A stretch of DNA of 7,977 bases from Octopus sinensis (GCF_006345805.1 NW_021828610.1:1-7977), one strand, 5' to 3'. Positions 1 through 7,690 are shown, counted from the first letter of the stretch. The notes: generated by a model from the letters alone, not told the origin. Program-made: numbers and translations.

Positions 1-180
1 GCGCGTGTGTGTGTATATATGAAAAATATCTCTCTATCTATCTATCTATCTTCTATATATCTATCTATCTATCTATAATATATATATATATATAACATAC
101 ACCACGCACACACTCGCATATACACGCACACACTCGCATACACTCACTATATATACATACATATGAGTTGGTGGTGTATA
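1..180. repeat. Compound microsatellite (GT/TA/CTAT/CA), probably the expanded 3' tail of the adjacent minus-strand SINE
   Basis: Runs of (TA)n, (CTAT)n and (CA)n. An 18-mer CACGCACACACTCGCATA is duplicated at 103-120 and 123-140. The tract abuts the 3' end of the SINE at 183. Confidence 0.9.
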
Positions 181-182
181 TA

Positions 183-336
183 GGCTTCCACACAATTTTT
201 GTGTACGAAATTCACTCAGAAGGCATTGGTCAGCCCGGGGTAAGACACTTGCCCAAAGTTGAAGTTGCCGCGCTCTGAGACCGAACCTGAAATCACATGT
301 TTGCAAAGCCAGATTCTAAACAACGCAGTTATGTCT
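183..336 (-). mobile_element. Degenerate tRNA-derived CORE-type SINE (octopus OR1/OR2-like)
   Basis: The minus strand has a B-box-like GGTTCGGTCTC (277-287), then TTTGGGCAAGTGTCTT (about 242-257), which resembles the CORE motif CCTTGGGCAAGT, then a simple-repeat tail. There is a 6-bp duplication AAGTTG at 256-267. The family name is from recall of octopus SINEs, not a database search. Confidence 0.75.
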
Positions 337-463
337 AAGAGCATGCAAGGCTGTTGATTGTGAATATAGCTGTCTGTATGCCCCGTAATGTTTGGTTCCT
401 TGTGCTACGTCATTCATGAAATTACAGGTTCTGGTAATGCTCCCTTGGTATATACGCAATTTA

Positions 464-698
464 GGCGGCGAGCTGGCAGAAACGTTAGCACGCCGGACGA
501 AATGCTTTGCTGTATTTCGTCTGCCGCTACGTTCTGAGTTCAAATTCCGCCGAGGTCGACTTTGCCTTTCTTCCTTTCGGCGTCGATTAAATAAGTACCA
601 GTTACGCACTGGGGTCGATGTAATCGACTTAATCCGTTTGTCTACCCTTGTTTGCCCCCGCTGTGTTTAGCCCCTTGTGGGTAGTAAAGAAATAAGTA
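464..698 (+). mobile_element. tRNA-derived SINE, near full-length copy 1 (octopus OK-like family)
   Basis: A-box-like TGGCAGAAACG (474-484) and B-box GTTCAAATTC (538-547). GGCGG (464-468) can pair with CCGCC (547-551) like an acceptor stem. The central segment GGTCGACTTTGCCTTTC.TCCTTTCGG..TCGAT resembles conserved animal SINE domains. Two more homologous copies lie at 832-1221. AATTTAGGC flanks the copy at 458-466 and 702-710. Confidence 0.85.
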
Positions 699-831
699 TA
701 TAATTTAGGCTTGCCGGTTTGATAGTTTACCTACTGTCGTTTCATAAAAGTGGGGATGAGAATAATTTTTGCATTTGTAGCTAGTCAGGAATGCAGCCTG
801 TCGAAAGGTTTGCTGATGTCAATAATGATCG

Positions 832-1051
832 GAATGGTTAGCACGCCGGGCGAAATGCTTTGCGGTATTTCGTCAGTCGTTACGTTGTGAGTTCAAATTC
901 CACCGAGGTCGACTTTGCCTTTCATCCTTTCGGGGTCTATAAATTAAGTACCAGTTACGCACTGGTGTCGATGTAATCGACTTAATCTGTGTGTCTGTCC
1001 TTGTTTGTTCCCTCTATTTTTAGCCCCTTGTGGGTAATAAAGAAATAGGTA
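832..1051 (+). mobile_element. Same SINE family, 5'-truncated copy 2
   Basis: Aligns by eye to copy 1 from GTTAGCACGCCGG through the 3' end AAAGAAATAGGTA. The B-box GTTCAAATTC is retained. Confidence 0.85.
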
Positions 1052-1221
1052 TTTCGTCTGCCGCTACGTTCTGAGTTCAAATTCCGCCGAGGTCGACTTT
1101 GCCTTTCATCCTTTCGGGGTCGATTAAAGAAGTACCAGTTACGCATAGGGGTCGATATAATCGACTTAATTCGTTTGTCCTCTCTGTGTTTAACCCCTTG
1201 TGGGTAGTAAAGAAATAGGTA
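1048..1221 (+). mobile_element. Same SINE family, copy 3, lacking the A-box and fused directly to copy 2
   Basis: Begins at internal GGTATTTCGTCTGCC and ends with AAAGAAATAGGTA. It has a short internal deletion between GTTTGTC direct repeats relative to copies 1 and 2. Confidence 0.85.
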
Positions 1222-1630
1222 CATGTTGGAGATATCGCGTATTTTCTGTTATATTTGTAAATAATGTCCTGGTTAAATATAGAGTTGTAAATCCATGTTG
1301 TGAGCTGGAGATGGAGATGTATATTAGATTTGAAACATTAAACTAAGATATTCGGTCGTTATTTCGTCTTGATGTGTTTACGTCTAATATTTCAAATCGA
1401 ACGGACATGAAGAAAAAAAAAATGATTTAATGTTAGTATAAGTCATAGTAATTATTGTATAAAATTACATATTAATAAGCCAGTAAACGTAATTTCTTTT
1501 TAATCGCTTCAGAGGTTTAATACCGTTCACTTGCCGTCCCCACAGAACAGCGCTTTCCACCTGAAACTATATTCTGAAATGTAATTCAACCTTCTAGCAT
1601 TTTAAACTGGCCAAATTAGGCCGCTCACAC

Positions 1631-1671
1631 CTACTACTACTACTACTACTACCACTACCACTACCACTACT

Positions 1672-1707
<36 letters not shown>

Positions 1708-1837
1708 ACAACACACCACCACCACCAACCACCACCACTACTACCACCACACCACCACCACCACCACCACTACTACCACCACCAACACCACCACCACCAC
1801 TACTACTACCACCACCACCACCACCACCACCACCACC

Positions 1838-1881
<44 letters not shown>
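1631..1881. repeat. Compound trinucleotide microsatellite (CTA)n/(CCA)n/(CAA)
   Basis: About 250 bp of in-phase CTA, CCA and CAA units with a few slips. It produces the poly-S/G/V ORF at 1670-1885. Confidence 0.95.
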
Positions 1882-2177
1882 ACACGTATACACATATTCA
1901 TGTGTATATTTTTACATATGCCTGTACATATTCTAAAATTACTATTAAACTAGCTGGCTTTCTAAAATTTCGGAGATGTCACCTTTAATTTAACTACATA
2001 TTTATTCAACGAAAAGTATATGGATATAAAGTCCTACCACTCACCGTGATTTCTTTTTTAAATATGTGATTAAATAAAGCAAAGCATATATTTTAATCTA
2101 ATAAGGAAACCTTTGACATGGCGATCTCCAATGTTACTGAAATATTTAGAATATAGTGGATTCGGAGACAAGGTTGT

Positions 2178-2617
2178 GGATCTTTCCGGTTTGAACGGCA
2201 GTTTTTTCTAGCAGTGTCATATGAAATTGTCACCCATAATTATGACCCTAGTATCGATCTATTGCATTTCAATCTGTTTTAGGGTTAGGGTTAGTTAGGG
2301 TTAGGCTTAGGATTAGAGGTGGAGGGAAGGGTATCTTTTTTTCTTCAAAAATATAAATATACCCAATCTGTTTCTTAAACGAGGGACGTATTCATACGGC
2401 ACAGAATGTTTTCACCTCAACAGACGTCATTGATTGGTTGAAATTGCAGAAATTGAAGAAAAAAAAACAACTAATATCTTACAAACTATAGAATTTTCTC
2501 AATAAAGCCAAGAGAAAAAGATGATTTATAAACACATTCTACCAGTATACGAAGTTTAAAAGTGTTTAGTTACGTGGAGATTATTTTAAAAAACTGCCGT
2601 TCAAACCGAAAAGATCC
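2178..2617. mobile_element. Non-autonomous DNA transposon (MITE), 440 bp, Merlin-like
   Basis: Left TIR GGATCTTTCCGGTTTGAACGGCAGTTTTTT (2178-2207) and right TIR (2588-2617) match at 29/30 positions. There is a perfect 8-bp TSD AAGGTTGT at 2170-2177 and 2618-2625, and no transposase ORF. GG-starting TIRs with an 8-9 bp TSD fit Merlin, but hAT is not excluded. Confidence 0.9.
2279..2316 (+). repeat. Degenerate telomere-type (TTAGGG)n tract inside the MITE
   Basis: TTAGGG TTAGGG TTAG TTAGGG TTAGGC TTAGGA TTAG. Confidence 0.85.
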
Positions 2618-2699
2618 AAGGTTGTTTACCTCACTAACACAGAGATATAACAGGGTAACGCCGTAGTAAGTTGGTGAGAAGGAGTGCTACGCTAATAGA

Positions 2700-3545
2700 A
2701 ATAAAGCTTGTAATTTCCTCACGAAGTCGTCCATTATATGTTGGAAACATGTGCTGCCGTTAGTTACTCCGAATGGCATCCTAGTATAATGCCATAATTC
2801 ACCTTCACCTTCAAAGGCAGTGAATTGACGGTCTTTCTCTGATAGAGGAATCTGATGGTATGCCGAAGAACGTAAGTCTATAGTACTGTAGATTTTATAC
2901 TTGGCGATAGTGTTCACTAACTCATCAATTTTAGGAAGGGAGTGGGCATCAAGCTGTGTATATTTGTTAATCGTCTCTGAGTAGTCAATCACCATTCTTC
3001 ACCTTTTTTTTCCTTGAACAACTAACACTTGCGATCTCCAAGGGGAGTTACTAGGTTCAATAATGTTCGCATCTGCTAAGCGGCGTACTTCTGTCCTGAT
3101 GAACTCTCGATCACGTTCCGAGTAATTTCGCGATTTGGCTGCAATAAGTTTACAGTTCTCTCTGAGATGAGCGAACAGCATTGGAGGATCAGTTTTCATA
3201 GTTGTCAGCGCAGTAAATGTTAATGGTGGTCTCTGTCCTCCGCATTGTACGGTAATACTTCCATGCCGTTCTTGGAAGTCAGTACCCAGAATTAGGTCAG
3301 TGCACAAGTTTCTGAGCACGTACAGTTTCAAATTGTAGTATTTCTGATTATTCGGAGTTAGTGAAACAGTGCAGTATCCCTTGGATTCTGCAGAAAGAGA
3401 TGCAGAAGCCATACCAATGACGTTCTTCAATTAGACCGTCTTGATGTTGAGTGTGTTCAATAGTTTCTCACTGATGAAGCTCTTGTCAGTGCTACCGCTA
3501 TCAATTTATGCTTCGGCTTTATAGCTATTGTTCAGTATAACCAGG
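2700..3545 (-). pseudogene. pol: Gypsy pol remnant: aspartic protease plus N-terminal half of reverse transcriptase
   Basis: One frame reads KAEA*IDSGSTDKSFIS (catalytic DSG at 3502-3494), then LILGTDF, IIEPSNSPWRSQVLVV, KKR*RMVIDYS, LPKIDEL, IDLRSSAYHQIP, RMPFGVTNG and CFQHIMD. Stops occur at 3508-3506, 3433-3431 and 3001-2999. Homology fades at about 2690-2715, where the YxDD motif is expected. Confidence 0.92.
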
Positions 3546-3639
3546 GAGGTTACTCGGAAGGATGAACCTGCTGATGTTGATGCTGCCAATGGCAAATTAT
3601 ATTTACCGTTATCCTGTGTTACAGTTGCTGCGTTGCTCC

Positions 3640-4379
3640 TACATAGCTTTCCAAAATGCCCTATTGTTTGGCATTTTTTTGGCTCTCCGCGCAGGGCATT
3701 GCGGCCGCGATTGTCTGGAATAGCCACAAAACCAACATTGAGAGGGGTCTTCTCTTCGGGTCGCGGCAGAGTATTTTTCTTCCTGCTTTGGAGAATCTAT
3801 TGGCTTAGCTACAATGGTTGGACTGAAGTTGGCGCCCTCAGGGTTTAGAAAGAGACTGGAACACTGTTGTGCCACATCTAGTGAACGTGCTTGATCATAA
3901 GCTGTATTGAGGTCGGCACTTTTGTTTTCTAATAGTCTTTGTCATATTTGATTCGAAGTGAGTCCATTTATAAAGGCATCTCGAATCATTTCAGACCGGT
4001 ACTGCTCAGCACTCACTGTAACAAAATCAGTCTTTCGTTCATATTTTGAGTTCGTTTAAGAAGTGGCCTAAAGATTACCCTTGTTTCTGTTTTCTTGTGG
4101 CTAAAAGATGGCGTGCCTTTACGATGTTCTTTGGTTTAATGTACAGACGCTTTAGTGTATTCACAGCTTGTTCGTAGTTCTGAGCTTCCCTGATGAATTC
4201 GTATACGTTCGATTCCACATAATTAATCAAAAGATTGAGTTTATCGATAACCGTACCTTCCTGCCCTGGTAGTGAGTCTATAAATTTAGTGAAAGTTCTA
4301 AACCAGGGGTAAAAATTTTATCAGCGTTTGTAGAATTTGGGACTACATTCAATCTGTCAGGTTCCAAGTATCTTTCCAT
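3640..4379 (-). pseudogene. gag: Gypsy gag remnant with two zinc-knuckle motifs
   Basis: Manual translation from ATG 4379 gives MERYLEPDRLNVVPNS, then WFRTFTKFI, KPKNIVKARHLLATRKQ, IRDAFINGLTSNQI*QRLLE, AYDQARSLDVAQ, CWFCGYSRQSRPQCPAR and KCQTIGHFGKLC. Frameshifts occur at about 4307, 4029 and 3680. Stops occur at 4077-4075, 4041-4039 and 3944-3942. Confidence 0.88.
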
Positions 4380-4439
4380 ATCGTTCATATCTTTTCACAA
4401 ATTTCTTTTTCCATAGTCTGCTCTGCAACGTTTCCCAAT

Positions 4440-4610
4440 TGTGTGTTTTCAAACATTAGTTTCTTTAATTGTAATGTATAACCAATAAATCCTGGTTCAA
4501 AGAAACTGATTTTTAATCATAGTCCTGTATGTTATTCCGAATGACCGTTCTCTCTCTTCCTCTTCCTGTCAAATGCGCATGCTCTTTATATCAACGTTAT
4601 TTGCATAACA
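4440..4610 (-). mobile_element. Putative short (about 171 bp) 5' LTR
   Basis: The minus strand starts TGT (4610) and ends ACA (4440). It has TATAAA at 4590-4585 and ATTAAA at 4469-4464, and is followed after 2 nt by TGG (PBS-like, 4437-4435), about 55 nt before the gag ATG. No second LTR is present to confirm the boundaries. Confidence 0.5.
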
Positions 4611-4959
4611 GTCATCCAAAAGAATATGCTATTTATTTCAACATCAAGCAGAAGATCTTTGAAAAACTTTGAAAAACTTAAAACACACAAGAAGAAGAAT
4701 AGATGAGAAAATTCTAACGCTGAGACTTTCAGTTTTATGCTACAAAGACACAATGACTAAATTTGTTAGAAAATACCCACGAAATTTTATAAGCATTTCC
4801 AGTAAAACACTAAACTAACACTAAACTAATGATTCTGCACATTACACTCAGCCATCTTAAAATTCATATACGGTATGTTTCTATAAAGCAGAGGGTAAAT
4901 AAGATCCCTTATATTTTTTGTAATTAATTTATGATTGTATGTATATTGTTTGTAAATGC

Positions 4960-5064
4960 AGTGTGTGTGTGGGTATGTACACACATACGCACTTAGACAT
5001 GTGTAAAGTGATAATCTGGACAAACACACACACATATATATGTATATATATATGTAAATATGTA

Positions 5065-5137
<73 letters not shown>

Positions 5138-5205
5138 CTCTCTCTATATATATATATATCTATCTATATACATTGAATTAATAATTATATATATACATAT
5201 ACGCA
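4960..5205. repeat. Compound microsatellite including (TATC)18
   Basis: (GT)n, (CA)n and (TA)n runs, with an uninterrupted TATC array at 5065-5136. Confidence 0.95.
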
Positions 5206-5354
5206 TATAATAAGGGAACACGGGCGAAATAAAATCGACTTATCTGCAATATGCTTGAAAATACCGAGGCATTCCGATACTACCGCCCCCCCCCCCAAAT
5301 ATACACAGATTGTAGGCGAGCGAGTGAAAAAAAATTTTAAAGACTTCACGTTAA

Positions 5355-5502
5355 TACACACACACACAAATATATATATATGTATGTATGTGTATTAGGT
5401 GTGTGCATGTGTATGTGTCTATGTGCGTGTATATATAGATAAATAAATATATATAATACATATATAAGTCGTATCATATACTAATATATATGTGAGAATA
5501 TA

Positions 5503-5577
<75 letters not shown>

Positions 5578-5632
5578 ATGTATGTATATATATATTTACA
5601 TATATATTATATACATACACATATATATATAT

Positions 5633-5720
<88 letters not shown>

Positions 5721-5780
5721 TCTTACACACATACACACACAGAAACAGACATACACACATATATTAGCACATACCGCATA
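5355..5780. repeat. Long (TA)n microsatellite complex with CA/GT flanks
   Basis: Near-pure TA runs at about 5512-5718. They are the source of the YIYI ORFs. Confidence 0.95.
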
Positions 5781-6114
5781 CCTATACATATATTGTCAAT
5801 TGATATTTCGAACCCATTTCCTTTTAATGGAAATATACCGTTCCTGATCTCAAATGAACCTTGTTATAAATTCTTATATGTTCACATTTGTTAAATTAAA
5901 AAAACATCGCCGTTTATTTCTTTTTCCAATTTCCAACAGTTTTCTTCGTTTTCTCCCTTCTAAATCTACCCAATACCAACCGGAAGTTCTCTATTTTTGA
6001 ATATTCACAAGGAGTTGACTGAAGTAATTCGTTAAATGATTGATTAATAAACTAATTAATTAGGCATGAAACCCGGAATTGTAATGCATATTTTGTAAGG
6101 CGCCGTATTATATT

Positions 6115-6309
6115 AATTATCTATCTATCTATCTATCTATCTATCATCTATCTATCTATATCTATCTATCTATCTATCTATCTATCTGTCTATCTATCTA
6201 TCTACATCCACTCACCACCCACACACAGACCTCCGCACTCACAAGTATGCATACTTGTATGTATGTATGTATGTATGTATGTATGTATGTATGTATGTAT
6301 GTATGTATG

Positions 6310-6373
<64 letters not shown>

Positions 6374-6375
6374 TG
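6115..6375. repeat. (CTAT)n, (GTAT)n and (TA)n microsatellites
   Basis: CTAT array at about 6119-6204, GTAT array from about 6257, and TA array to about 6370. Confidence 0.95.
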
Positions 6376-6534
6376 TGTCTGGTGTGACTATATGCGTGTA
6401 GATAGGCGAAAAACTTTAAATAGTTAAATCAAAGGATATTAAAGTGAAGACTGAAAAAAACTGCACTGTATTAATGTAGGGTTGGAATTGCAACTGTTAC
6501 TAATCGATGCAATAGAAACATCTGTAGGTCTATT

Positions 6535-6713
6535 TATATGTATGCATGTATGTATGTATTAACGGTAATGTTATGCTACTGCGTAATTATTATATTATTT
6601 TATTATTATTATTATTTTATTATTATTATTTCTATATTATATATATGTGTAATATATATATATATATACATACGTATATATATATATAGGTATATATACA
6701 TATGTATATATTA

Positions 6714-6771
<58 letters not shown>

Positions 6772-6814
6772 TATATATACATCTATACATATATATATAA
6801 ATATATATATATAT

Positions 6815-6857
<43 letters not shown>

Positions 6858-6870
6858 TGTATGTATGTAT
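6535..6870. repeat. (TATG)n, (TAT)n and (TA)n microsatellite complex
   Basis: Directly visible simple repeats. Confidence 0.95.
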
Positions 6871-7057
6871 AGGGAGTGTTTACGAAAAAACAAAAGACGA
6901 AGACAGGTGGTGTACCAAAAAAAACAGACGTATTAGTATAACGATCAGGAATAGAAACAGTTTTTACGTTTCGAGCCTACGCTCTTCTACAAAAAGGGAC
7001 ACAGAAAAGAACAAGGAGAGAAAAATGTGTGTAGTGGCTAACGATCTATCATGGCGA
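6871..7057 (-). mobile_element. Short interspersed island within microsatellite, possibly a Penelope-type terminal repeat or non-autonomous derivative
   Basis: A 187-bp complex-sequence island inside TA/GTAT repeats. The minus strand reads CGC CAT (Arg-His), then a pyrimidine-rich tract, then a hammerhead-like motif. The assignment is inference. Confidence 0.45.
6962..6995 (-). ncRNA. Degenerate minimal type I hammerhead-ribozyme-like motif
   Basis: Minus strand: UUU / UUGUAGA-A / GAGC-GUAG-GCUC / GAAA / CG / UA / AAA. The core deviates from CUGANGA at two positions and has an extra A. Confidence 0.4.
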
Positions 7058-7180
7058 TGTATATATATACTGAGTATATGAAATATATATTATTATATAT
7101 ACGCATATAATGTATATACAATAATATATATATATATATATATACGTGTATGTATATATACGTGTATGTATATATGTATA

Positions 7181-7240
<60 letters not shown>

Positions 7241-7310
7241 TATATATACATATATATACATATATACATCACGTATAAAAATATATATACGAATGTGTAT
7301 TTATATATAT
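7058..7310. repeat. Degenerate (TA)n microsatellite complex
   Basis: TA runs interrupted by CG, TG and CA units. Confidence 0.92.
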
Positions 7311-7347
7311 TGTGTACTGTTGCGTGATAGTAGATATAAAAAGGTGA

Positions 7348-7690
7348 AATGTTAAAAAAAATAGACCAAAGAAAAGAACTAGGTTCGGCCTGCACTTCTT
7401 CCTTAATGTAAAAACTAACATGTTTAAAACATTCCTGTCGCTCTTAGACAAACATTTTCCAGATAATCACAGGTACAAGAAATTATTTAACAGGCATTCA
7501 GTGAAATTATTATATAGCAGCTGCCTTATTATGAAAAGCATCACTACATGAGAACAACACCAAGAGCCCACTCCCATTTGTAATTGTCGAGACTGAAGAA
7601 CTTGTCTATTTTCCCAGGTTGACGAATTGTTTAGTACCACCCGTTTCTGGATTGAACAACTGATCACGGCATCACTATCTTTTCAGCCTT
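7348..7690 (+). pseudogene. Penelope-like retroelement ORF remnant (RT-to-GIY-YIG linker, internally deleted)
   Basis: Frame 1 from 7348 reads [85 protein letters not shown]. This matches the recalled PLE pattern WFNPP.S.NV.TN....FL.L.DKHFP..H...K.FN...VK.SYSC followed by CNCR...CPL.G.CL. After a +1 shift it continues NCLVPPV and LNN*SRH. Confidence 0.8.

Larger units (their letters stand above)
2700..4610 (-). mobile_element. Decayed, 3'-truncated Ty3/Gypsy LTR retrotransposon
   Basis: The order is putative LTR, gag, protease, RT, with no gap between gag and pol. No RNase H, integrase or 3' LTR is seen. There are multiple stops and frameshifts. Confidence 0.92.

Noticed and set aside
464-1221. 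Three direct repeats with palindromes that could be read as a CRISPR array or real tRNA genes
   Set aside because: The units are 170-235 bp with no regular repeat-spacer pattern, in a eukaryotic context. The tRNA-like head lacks a canonical anticodon arm and continues into SINE body.
316-1224. ORFs 316-609 (-), 392-670 (+) and 982-1224 (-), which share peptide blocks like paralogs
   Set aside because: The shared peptides come from translating homologous SINE copies. They are not genes.
1670-1885. Poly-Ser/Gly/Val ORF
   Set aside because: It is the translation of a trinucleotide microsatellite, with no splice or homology support.
1887-1908. 9-bp hairpin TATACACAT-ATTC-ATGTGTATA
   Set aside because: It is made of CA/TG/TA low-complexity sequence and is expected by chance here.
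2279-2316. TTAGGG tract as a chromosome-fusion or healing scar
   Set aside because: It lies inside a TIR- and TSD-bounded transposon, so transposon cargo is the simpler explanation.
3670-3690. A-run frameshift between the gag zinc knuckles as a programmed ribosomal frameshift
   Set aside because: The shift removes the first Cys of the second knuckle, and the element has many other lesions. Decay by deletion is more likely.
3528-3848. 106-aa plus-strand ORF
   Set aside because: It is the antisense shadow of gag and has no recognisable motifs.
4657-4679. 10-bp tandem duplication CTTTGAAAAA
   Set aside because: This is an ordinary slippage duplication with no associated feature.
4826-7451. 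Many YI/CV-rich ORFs
   Set aside because: They are translations of (TA)n, (CA)n and (TATC)n microsatellites.
7549-7663. In-frame TGA codons near the PLE cysteine cluster as selenocysteine, as reported for Naiad PLEs
   Set aside because: The TGAs are not at expected Cys positions, no SECIS is evident, and the copy is frameshifted and deleted, so they are most likely ordinary nonsense mutations.
7467-7667. 66-aa minus-strand ORF
   Set aside because: It is antisense to the Penelope-like remnant and has no motif support.
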